From the NCBI GenBank assembly GCA_037132255.1, contig JBAXPN010000001.1, positions 340,113 through 404,112 of the forward strand: a stretch of DNA of 64,000 bases, given 5' to 3'. The position numbers were made by a program, and so were the translations under genes. This DNA is from Candidatus Falkowbacteria bacterium (GTDB lineage: Bacteria > Patescibacteriota > Patescibacteriia > Patescibacteriales > UBA12465). Shown one piece after another: positions 44,362 to 51,797 of the stretch. The notes under the pieces were generated by a model. That model ran no database searches. It was given only the letters and a program-made list of their open reading frames with translations, and had not been told where the DNA came from. Within the stretch, counting starts at the first letter, position 1; every line of letters starts with the position of its first letter.

Positions 44362-47300
44362 TTAAGAGTTTTCTTTGAGATAAACCGCCCTCAGATTCTT
44401 TTCATATTCATACGAACCTAGAGGATATTTTTTATTTAAATTAATCACCTTTTCTTCGCCGTCATCATTTTTTAACACAGAGCTCTCAAGGGTCTGTTGG
44501 AATAGGCCAGCTCGATTAGTCGAGTGTCCGTGCTGCTTATCTAGGACTACTCCGCTATACGCATTTTCAACTGCAAAATTAATAACTATATCTTTTATTT
44601 TATGATAAAGTTTTTTAGCCGAAACCTCAGAGACTAAACCGACAGATGGGTTAGGGCAGAATAATAAATATTTCTTGCTCTTTGATTCGTCGAGTGTCTT
44701 TAACATGACAGTTCCCATACAACGATTACGTTCTTGATCAAACATAACAAACTCAAAATATTTCTCATCATTCCAAAGTGTTGAACTCGTCGCGAGACAT
44801 ATATCTCCTACCATTCGTGCTTGCGAGTTTTCTTTATTTTTTCCAAAATAACCGGTTATCTCACGCTCCTTTCTTAATTTTTTTTCACCACGGCCACTGT
44901 CCACCTCAAAGACTTCTTCATATTTTGACATCTCCGTAAATATTTCCTGATAGGTTTTACTTTGCGCCTTTTCCAGAAGCGTTAATTGATTCTGACTACT
45001 TAAAATAGGTAATATTTCTTTAATCTTCCCCTCCCATAAATCAGCAAAAGATGCAAAATTTGAGGTCCTAAAGTCTTGCGCGATCTCATCCGAATTTCGC
45101 TTAATAAACTCGTTGGATTGGAATAAATTCTCTAAGCTCTTTTTTATTTTCTTTGAAATTACCGCATCGCTCAAACTTGCGGAAGGAATTTGCTTTAAGC
45201 TCTCTTGAATTTTTACTCCCAAATTTTGCAACTTGATTTCATTTTCTTCCTGAACATTGCCTGCTAAATAATTTTTATCTTCTGAAACAATCAATTTATT
45301 TTTAATTGTCTTTATGGTTTCTTTCAGATTGTCGCCATATTTTTCTGTTAGTTCGTCGAGCATAATATAGTTACGAGAATCATAATTTTCAGAATCTTTC
45401 AGTCGGTCGGCGCTTGCGTTAACAAATTGATCGTATGAATCTTTTAATTGATAAGCAAGAACTACGTTCAAAGTTTCGCTATTATATCCCTTTACATCAA
45501 GATACTCGAGAATTTTTCCTTCTAGTGTTTTTGTTCTGCTGTCAGTAATTTCTAATTCTAAAAATTTCATTAAACGCTCTGCATCGGCTAAATTCTTAAT
45601 GTCGGCTATTCTTTTTTTATAAATTTCAAGTAAACTACTATCTGCTTTTTCATTGTTTTTTAATCGATAAGACGATACGCCGCTTATTAAAAACTTTTCT
45701 CCTTCGGTCTTAAACTTCAAACCCTTGAGATGCTCGCTATGGTCGACCAATAAATCTATATTTTTCTGTGAATCGTAATCTCGTCGCGGATAGACCATTG
45801 ATAAAGACAACTTATAATTCGTTGCTGTCGCGTCTTGAGGAATATTTCTCGCCATCTCAGATGCTTTTAATTTCATTTCCGGTAAAAGCGCTTCTCTCTC
45901 AAATACACTTTTTCCTTTAACCAATTTTAGATAGTCTGCGAAGAAAGCTTTATCGTCGGCATAACGTTCGATAATTTTTCGAGAATCAAAGAATAGTTCC
46001 AAATCTTCATCATTTCTGGCGACGGCACCTTGCGCCATCATATCCATAAATGAACGGAACACTGAACTATTTTCACTGCCGATTTCTAAACGTGCAAAAT
46101 TTTTATTATAGAAAGAATCCTCCGGTAATTTTTTTATCATTTCAAAAAAACCTTGATTTAGACCTTTCTTTTCGACGGCCATATCAAACTCCTGAGCGCC
46201 AACTTCGACATCTAAATTCCTGAAATTCATTTCTGTTAATACCCTGAAACCGAAACCCGCTTTAATATACTTCTGAAATGTCCGCTCCTGATCTTCTTGA
46301 GAAAGTTGACCAAAATCTAAATTACAAACCTTGTCCATGTGCCTTATTCCTTCAGTCGTGAATTCATTGAGAACCCCACGGTCCGCTAAATATTTAATAG
46401 TAACGTGATCAGCTAAAAGCTCAAAATGATTATCTATTAAATAGACGATTTTTTCTTTATCAATTTCAAATTTAATTATATTGTCACAAATTGTCCAAGC
46501 TCTATTTTTTTCTATAAGCAAATCAAACATTTTCTCGCTTAGACCAGAAAACCAATTTATATTATCAAGGACGACGTCTTCATAACCTTTGTTGATCAAC
46601 AAGAAGGCAATTTCTTCGCCTGGTTTATTACGGAGACCTTTTGCTAGCGATGCAAAAACATCAACGCCGCTCTCTTCAATCATTCTAAAGTAATCTTTAT
46701 CCCCGAGAATATGTTCAAAACTTGAATCACAAAGTGCGATTGTATTTTTTTGCTTAGCAAGTTCCACCCTCAACCATTCTACGTCAAAATGTTCTGCATC
46801 ATTATAACTAACGCGTTTAATAACGGCTTTCGAATAAAAACTCTCAATTAATTTCATCGCCCCCTCACCGTTATCAAGGCGATGCTCCCATTTACTAGGC
46901 GCTGCAATCTCGAGCTCTTCTGCTAAGGCATCACGCTGTTGGGAATAATTTATTTTATCGAGATTATTTAATTTTTCACTAATTTCTTTTTCCTCAATAA
47001 ATATTCCATTTCTTAATAATGAGTCGTAAGCCTCAAGTAATTGATTGCTATCGCCAATATTTTTATTAACCCAGTCTATTAGCAGCTCTTTACTAAAAGA
47101 TGAACAAACTGGGACTATTTTATTAAAAAAAGAAAGCGCATCGATATCTTTAAAACGCGGAAAATCATTTAAAATAGAACTAATGTTATTTCGTGCTAAT
47201 AAATTATCTAAAACATGCTCGCTTAAAGATTCAAATTTGGGATAAATCTGAGCATAAAAAGCTTGGTTGCTCTCCCCTCTTTCAAGTAAATCATCGGCGA

Positions 47301-47946
47301 CAAATGAAGGCAAAGTTTTACAAGAATAATAATATTTTTCCTGATAAAAAAACCCCATCAGATCTAATTTTTTAAAAACATTGACAGCGTCGGCATCTAA
47401 CAGATCAATTCTTTCAAGGTAACGCCCATCTCTCCATTTATAATGGTCCCCCTTATTCAGAAGGTATTCTTTCGACTCATTATAAAAACTTCTCTTTTTA
47501 CCTTCATTAACCGAAACATCAAGAATGTCCTCTCTATCTATCTCTCTGTCAGGCAAAAAATCCTTTTTTAGATCATCCCCGCCCAAAGCAAGAAGCATCA
47601 ATTTATTTGTATAGCAATCCTCAGAATTTAGTTTATTAGCGTCATTAGCGAGCTTAAATTTTGCAATTAATAATTTTCTTAAATCAAGGCTATCGTTTTC
47701 TTCGCTTTGCGCTAGAGTTTCATTATTAATAGATCTTGAGTCAGCTAGCTCCTGAAGCCAAGCCTGAACAATACTCTCAGGGTTAATATCTTTACTTTGA
47801 CGCTTTAAATTATGTGAAAAAATATCTGAAACTAAACCGAATTCTTGATCAATTTTTTCAAAATACTCGCTTGGCTCAACTTTTTCGAGAAGATCTGCAC
47901 TTTTCTTTTCTGGCTGAACACTGGCAATATTTTCTATTTTTTTCAT
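44362..47946 (-). CDS. large (1194 aa) soluble protein of unknown function
   Basis: Uninterrupted track ORF. Acidic and helix-rich, with no TM, signal peptide, P-loop or other motif I recognise. The C-terminal ~170 aa look globular (VGDICLATSSTLWNDEKYFEFVMFD...LLFCPNPSVG...VVLDKQHGHSTNRAG). Confidence 0.75.
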   Translation of the reverse strand: MKKIENIASVQPEKKSADLLEKVEPSEYFEKIDQEFGLVSDIFSHNLKRQSKDINPESIVQAWLQELADSRSINNETLAQSEENDSLDLRKLLIAKFKLANDANKLNSEDCYTNKLMLLALGGDDLKKDFLPDREIDREDILDVSVNEGKKRSFYNESKEYLLNKGDHYKWRDGRYLERIDLLDADAVNVFKKLDLMGFFYQEKYYYSCKTLPSFVADDLLERGESNQAFYAQIYPKFESLSEHVLDNLLARNNISSILNDFPRFKDIDALSFFNKIVPVCSSFSKELLIDWVNKNIGDSNQLLEAYDSLLRNGIFIEEKEISEKLNNLDKINYSQQRDALAEELEIAAPSKWEHRLDNGEGAMKLIESFYSKAVIKRVSYNDAEHFDVEWLRVELAKQKNTIALCDSSFEHILGDKDYFRMIEESGVDVFASLAKGLRNKPGEEIAFLLINKGYEDVVLDNINWFSGLSEKMFDLLIEKNRAWTICDNIIKFEIDKEKIVYLIDNHFELLADHVTIKYLADRGVLNEFTTEGIRHMDKVCNLDFGQLSQEDQERTFQKYIKAGFGFRVLTEMNFRNLDVEVGAQEFDMAVEKKGLNQGFFEMIKKLPEDSFYNKNFARLEIGSENSSVFRSFMDMMAQGAVARNDEDLELFFDSRKIIERYADDKAFFADYLKLVKGKSVFEREALLPEMKLKASEMARNIPQDATATNYKLSLSMVYPRRDYDSQKNIDLLVDHSEHLKGLKFKTEGEKFLISGVSSYRLKNNEKADSSLLEIYKKRIADIKNLADAERLMKFLELEITDSRTKTLEGKILEYLDVKGYNSETLNVVLAYQLKDSYDQFVNASADRLKDSENYDSRNYIMLDELTEKYGDNLKETIKTIKNKLIVSEDKNYLAGNVQEENEIKLQNLGVKIQESLKQIPSASLSDAVISKKIKKSLENLFQSNEFIKRNSDEIAQDFRTSNFASFADLWEGKIKEILPILSSQNQLTLLEKAQSKTYQEIFTEMSKYEEVFEVDSGRGEKKLRKEREITGYFGKNKENSQARMVGDICLATSSTLWNDEKYFEFVMFDQERNRCMGTVMLKTLDESKSKKYLLFCPNPSVGLVSEVSAKKLYHKIKDIVINFAVENAYSGVVLDKQHGHSTNRAGLFQQTLESSVLKNDDGEEKVINLNKKYPLGSYEYEKNLRAVYLKENS

Positions 47947-47969
47947 AATATTAGAATAAACCTATCTTT

Positions 47970-47978
47970 ATTATATCA
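47970..47978 (-). promoter_or_regulatory. extended -10 promoter (TGaTATAAT) of the 1194-aa gene
   Basis: The complement of 47970-47978 reads TGATATAAT, with 23 nt to ATG 47946. It abuts the upstream terminator U-run. Confidence 0.45.
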
Positions 47979-48003
47979 AAAAGGCCTTTCTTTCGAAAGA
48001 CCT
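47977..48003 (-). terminator. rho-independent terminator of the purM-like gene
   Basis: On the minus strand GGTCTTTC-GAAA-GAAAGGCC (one mismatch) followed by TTTTT. Plus-strand stems are at 47983-47990 and 47995-48002. Confidence 0.55.
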
Positions 48004-48030
48004 AAATTTTTCCCGTCAAGAATTAATTAA

Positions 48031-49221
48031 TTATTCATAATTAAAACTGCCGTGAGAAGTAATAAGCTGAACGCTATTTTTTGTATTAAGATTATTAGAA
48101 TAAATACATGAACCCAAATGGATGACAGGCAGACCACATTTATTTTTGATCGAATCAAGAGCTCGAACAAAAACTGGGTTATCTTCTCCAACAATATCAA
48201 TGCCTATCCCACAATTGAAACTAGTAAACATGTTCTCCCAAGTCTCACTACTTTCGCTTTTGATAAGCTTAAATATTGGCGGAGGCGTCGGCATCAATTT
48301 TGTGTAAATTATTCCACCTTTACCAATATTCTTGATTTTAGTCGCACCGCCACCCGTGTTCATAGAAATGCCGTGCAACATATGGATGGCATTATTTTCC
48401 CGGAGAGAACTTACAAGTTCTTTTATGACTAGCGCCCATTGCCGAGTTGGGGAAAGTAAAGCTTCACTAACTGTAATACCGCCCAATATTTTCGGGCGCG
48501 CGTCATATTCATAACGTCCCTTATAATAGACATCGTCCCTCTTCAACTGCGGATACAGGAAATTATAATCTCTACTCAACAAACAACTTCGACCCAAAGT
48601 TAAACCATTAGACATAATTCCCGAGTTAAGCTCGGTTTCCCATGAAGCCTGCCCGTCGCTAGGAATACCGAAGATTAAATCGCCGTCCTGAACGTTTCCG
48701 CTGATTATATTAGCGCGATCTGCCCAAGCAGTAACCGTTAGATCGAATACGCCTGATCTTACCTGATCGCGCAAATCAGCTGTTTCGCCCCCCAAAAATT
48801 TAATTGTTATACCGTGTTTTTGGTAAAGCTCTTTTAGTTCAGACATGCGCAAGCCAACTGCCCGCATAACAATCTCTTTTATTTCTTTTGGGAGATTAAG
48901 ATTAAGCACATCAGTAATAAGATAAGTTCCATCGACAAAGCCACAAGCGGCGATATCTCCTGTATTCATCGACAACGCGTCGTCGACCATTCCATTAAAA
49001 ATGGCGCGGTCGCTAGTCTTCATATAATGGAGCAGTCTTTGCACAAACTTGCTACCATCTCCATCTTGATGTTGCGTTATAACCTGAGAATAGCGGTTCG
49101 GGTCTGTGATAATATTAACGAAAGCCCCTGGGAATTCGTTGTCGATAACGCGCTCGAAAATCTCGTGCACATTTTGTTTATGCGGGTCTACCCCCAATAC
49201 TTCATACATGCTTGTTGCCAT
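48031..49221 (-). CDS. divergent AIR-synthase (PurM)-fold protein
   Basis: 396-aa track ORF. Segments in the same order as PurM: YEVLGVDPHK (Y..AGVD), QHQDGDGSKF (DGVGTK), DDALSMNTGDIAACG (D.VAM.VND), LLSPTRQW (LL.PTRIY), HGISMNTGGG (AH.TGGG), FTSFNCGIGIDIV (RTFNCGVGM). Perfect SD AAGGAGG 7 nt upstream. Confidence 0.75.
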   Translation of the reverse strand: MATSMYEVLGVDPHKQNVHEIFERVIDNEFPGAFVNIITDPNRYSQVITQHQDGDGSKFVQRLLHYMKTSDRAIFNGMVDDALSMNTGDIAACGFVDGTYLITDVLNLNLPKEIKEIVMRAVGLRMSELKELYQKHGITIKFLGGETADLRDQVRSGVFDLTVTAWADRANIISGNVQDGDLIFGIPSDGQASWETELNSGIMSNGLTLGRSCLLSRDYNFLYPQLKRDDVYYKGRYEYDARPKILGGITVSEALLSPTRQWALVIKELVSSLRENNAIHMLHGISMNTGGGATKIKNIGKGGIIYTKLMPTPPPIFKLIKSESSETWENMFTSFNCGIGIDIVGEDNPVFVRALDSIKNKCGLPVIHLGSCIYSNNLNTKNSVQLITSHGSFNYE

Positions 49222-49519
49222 TTTTCGCCTCCTTTATTTTGTTTGTTTATATTGATTAATTATTAATGATCTAGAAAAACATTAGAATATTTTCATTATT
49301 TAGTCAATTAAATTAAATCCCAATTTAGACATGAAAAAACCACCAGGGTTTATAAAATATATTGAAAGTGCGTTCACGCAAGAATCTTTAGATCCCACTT
49401 TCTGTTCTGTTCGCTCATCGCTACTTAGAACTATTTTATAATCTGATGGTTGATCTTTCACCTTTTGTCCTTTTTGAGAACGGTTTAACGTGATGATCGG
49501 TCTCGTTACGGTTAATTAA

Positions 49520-49548
49520 ATAATATGTATATTTGGTCTTGAAGTCAA
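49520..49548 (-). promoter_or_regulatory. promoter candidate heading a ~290-nt leader of the purM-like gene
   Basis: On the minus strand: TTGACT (49548-49543), 17-nt spacer, TATTAT (49525-49520). No ORF >40 codons lies between it and ATG 49221. Confidence 0.45.
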
Positions 49549-49573
49549 CTATATTAATTCTTAATGACTATTC

Positions 49574-50737
49574 TCAACTCTTTTTTTTACTTAATAAATA
49601 GCCATTATTGTATCCCGAATAAACATCATTATCGTAGTACTTCGGGACTAGCTCGTTACCAATAAAATCAACATCTTCAATCGCCGCCGGTCGGTCTGGC
49701 CCAACCGCGCTAATTCTTAGATCTCTAGAAAAATCTTTAACCCAGCCATTAAGAGCTCCTGAACTACACGCGTTACCGATTAATTGAGCCTTATCAGTAA
49801 ATATTTCTTTTAAATTCGATATATTTTTCGCAATTAAATCTTGACCAACATAACCCTTATCATCCTTCTCTGCACCTAAATAAAAACCTTCCGGCTCACT
49901 ATGAGCAGATAAAATAGCTAGGGATACTTTATTTTTAAACTCCTGTTTTAATTTAATAAGCTCGCGCGCTAAGGCGACATTATTATCGCATTCAACGACC
50001 CGAAAATTGCGAACTTCTTTTTGCTGGTCATATATCTTTTTCCAGACATCAGATTGCTTATCAAAAGCGCCGTTCCAATCCTCACCCGCAAATAACATCA
50101 ATGCTATTTCTTTGCTTTTATCCGTTTCGTTAAGCTGCTGTAATAATATTTCTTTTGGATAGCGCTGAAAGTTTGTTATGCCATATTTTTCATGCAATTT
50201 TTTAACAGATCCTGGCGCTTCCTCGTCAAGTTCGGTCATGGTTTTGAATACTTCAACCGCGGCATCATATGATTCGCCGCTAACAAACTTATCTTGATTA
50301 TCAAAAATATAATTCCAGTCATGTCCCGAAGCGAAAGCCTTCACTACACTCTCATCGTTCATTAATACTCTCTTAAATTTTTCAACCTGAAAATCCTTAA
50401 TACCGAATTGATCTTCTGCTGCCTGGCGCCAAGATTCCTGAATTGCGCCTGAGTCAGGATGAGAAATAATATCTGCGGAATTTTTTTTCCAGTCAGCTAG
50501 GCTTTCTCTCTCCTGGCCAGTTAGAGTTTTTAAATTTTCATTAGTCCAGTTCGATTTAAAGGAAGAAAATTCATTGTCTAAAGACTCTTTTTCCCAAGTA
50601 CTTGATGCGGAAACAAGACCACTCAAATCTTCTGTCGCCTCTTCTTGCAATTTAGCTAAGTCAACTTTATGATTTTCTGTCTTTCGTTTAATTTCTTTCT
50701 CTTGAACATCAATATTATCGTGACCTAATTTATCCAT
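49574..50737 (-). CDS. soluble protein with a caspase-like (clan CD / CHAT-like) His-Cys dyad in its C-terminal half
   Basis: 387-aa track ORF. Acidic helical N-terminal half. The C-terminal half has a strand-helix pattern with VSLAILSAHSEPEGFYLG and, about 44 residues later, AQLIGNACSSGAL. This is the order and spacing of the catalytic His and Cys in caspase-fold peptidases. Inference from motif only. Confidence 0.65.
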   Translation of the reverse strand: MDKLGHDNIDVQEKEIKRKTENHKVDLAKLQEEATEDLSGLVSASSTWEKESLDNEFSSFKSNWTNENLKTLTGQERESLADWKKNSADIISHPDSGAIQESWRQAAEDQFGIKDFQVEKFKRVLMNDESVVKAFASGHDWNYIFDNQDKFVSGESYDAAVEVFKTMTELDEEAPGSVKKLHEKYGITNFQRYPKEILLQQLNETDKSKEIALMLFAGEDWNGAFDKQSDVWKKIYDQQKEVRNFRVVECDNNVALARELIKLKQEFKNKVSLAILSAHSEPEGFYLGAEKDDKGYVGQDLIAKNISNLKEIFTDKAQLIGNACSSGALNGWVKDFSRDLRISAVGPDRPAAIEDVDFIGNELVPKYYDNDVYSGYNNGYLLSKKKS

Positions 50738-50745
50738 ATATAATT

Positions 50746-50919
50746 TTATCTTATTATATCTTGTCTGATTTTTTTTAAATTTTCCAAGTCCCTATCTTTA
50801 ACAATATCAGCCAATAATTTATGTTTCTTATTAGCTAAAAAAACGAGCCTATTTTTAATGCGCCGATAAAGACTTACTAGCTGAACCTCTTGATGTATCT
50901 TTTCTTTGGAAGTATCCAT
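50746..50919 (-). CDS. possible 57-aa basic helical protein
   Basis: Not in the track (<60 aa). ATG is the complement of 50917-50919; translation MDTSKEKIHQEVQLVSLYRRIKNRLVFLANKKHKLLADIVKDRDLENLKKIRQDIIR. Its stop is 8 nt before the ATG of the 387-aa gene. It has its own extended -10 promoter 23 nt upstream. Confidence 0.4.
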   Translation of the reverse strand: MDTSKEKIHQEVQLVSLYRRIKNRLVFLANKKHKLLADIVKDRDLENLKKIRQDIIR

Positions 50920-50942
50920 ATAGTATATTTTCTTCTAATTTA

Positions 50943-50951
50943 ATTATAGCA
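50943..50951 (-). promoter_or_regulatory. extended -10 promoter (TGcTATAAT)
   Basis: The complement of 50943-50951 reads TGCTATAAT, located between the tRNA-Trp terminator and the 57-aa ORF. Confidence 0.45.
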
Positions 50952-50971
50952 AAAGAAAGAGTTTTCATCGA

Positions 50972-50994
50972 ACAAAAACGAGCCTCTAGGCTCA
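50972..50994 (-). terminator. rho-independent terminator after tRNA-Trp
   Basis: On the minus strand GAGCC-TAGA-GGCTC followed by GTTTTTGTT. Plus-strand stems are at 50980-50984 and 50989-50993. Confidence 0.6.
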
Positions 50995-51002
50995 TTTTAA
51001 TG

Positions 51003-51073
51003 CACGGGATGAGGGAATCGAACCCCCGCCAGCGGTTTTGGAGACCGTTATACTACCACTATACGAATCCCGC
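51003..51073 (-). tRNA. tRNA-Trp (anticodon CCA)
   Basis: Hand-folded, 71 nt. Acceptor GCGGGAT/ATCCCGT (G1.U72), D-arm GTAT-AGTGGTA-GTAT, anticodon loop CTCCAAA, T-arm GGGGG-TTCGATT-CCCTC, discriminator G. The 51000-51203 track ORF overlapping it is spurious. Confidence 0.9.
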
Positions 51074-51106
51074 AATTCTCCAGTTAAACTGGAGTAATTT
51101 TAGATA

Positions 51107-51226
51107 CTATTCCTTTTCGCTCATTGGATCGCCGCAGCAAACTAAAGTTCCGCCGCCATCCTTTGTAAGTTTAACTTCATTACCACATTTCTTACAAACG
51201 TAAATTTTATCTTCTCTGTTTTCCAT
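51107..51226 (-). CDS. desulforedoxin (39 aa, Fe(Cys)4 protein)
   Basis: Not in the track (<60 aa). Translation MENREDKIYVCKKCGNEVKLTKDGGGTLVCCGDPMSEKE, very close to the classical desulforedoxin / Dfx N-terminal domain pattern Y.C..CG..V......GGGTLVCCG..M. 19 nt downstream of rubrerythrin. Confidence 0.8.
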   Translation of the reverse strand: MENREDKIYVCKKCGNEVKLTKDGGGTLVCCGDPMSEKE

Positions 51227-51245
51227 ATTTTTAAATTTTAATGAA

Positions 51246-51773
51246 TTAATAATTTTCTACCATGACCTCAAAAAATGCTTGTGGGTGGCTACAGGCTGGG
51301 CAAACTTTCGGCGCTTCAAGTCCTTCATGAATATGACCACAATTAGCACATTTCCAACGTTTAATTTCCGGCTTCTTAAACACTTCGCCATTTTTTACAT
51401 TAGCGAGAAGTTTTCGATAACGAGCTTCATGCGCTCTTTCAACTTCTGCGACTTCTTTAAATAAACGAGCGACCTCGCCATGGCCCTCTTCAATCGCATC
51501 CTTTTCCATATTCGGATACATTGTTGTATTTTCATAACTTTCCCCTTCGGCAGCCGCCAAGAGATTAGCTTCAGTTTCACCGATTAATTCAAGCTGCTTA
51601 GCCCAAAGTTTTGCGTGTTCTTTTTCGTTAGTAGCGGTTTCCTCAAACAAAGCGGCTATTTGCTCATAGCCTGCCTTGCGCGCGACTGAAGCAAAATATG
51701 TATATTTATTTCTGGCCATTGATTCGCCAGCAAAGGCATCCTGCAAATTTTTTGTTGTTTTTGGTCCAAACAT
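51246..51773 (-). CDS. rbr: rubrerythrin
   Basis: 175-aa track ORF. Diiron ExxH motifs (EKEHAKLW, VERAHEARY) and a C-terminal rubredoxin-like CANCGH...CPACSHP. Confidence 0.9.
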   Translation of the reverse strand: MFGPKTTKNLQDAFAGESMARNKYTYFASVARKAGYEQIAALFEETATNEKEHAKLWAKQLELIGETEANLLAAAEGESYENTTMYPNMEKDAIEEGHGEVARLFKEVAEVERAHEARYRKLLANVKNGEVFKKPEIKRWKCANCGHIHEGLEAPKVCPACSHPQAFFEVMVENY

Positions 51774-51797
51774 AAATTTATAATTAATTATATTAAA

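Noticed and set aside
49331-49444. 37-codon plus-strand ORF (MKKPPGFIKYIESAFTQESLDPTFCSVRSSLLRTIL) inside the long intergenic region
   Set aside because: No promoter, SD or terminator in the plus orientation. The region reads more coherently as the minus-strand leader of the PurM-like gene.
50746-50919. Is the 57-aa ORF downstream of tRNA-Trp a divergent SecE?
   Set aside because: SecE needs a hydrophobic TM helix. This peptide is basic and amphipathic with no stretch of about 18 hydrophobic residues.
51000-51203. 67-aa plus-strand track ORF
   Set aside because: It lies antisense across tRNA-Trp (51003-51073) and the desulforedoxin gene. The sequence there is fully explained by those two features.
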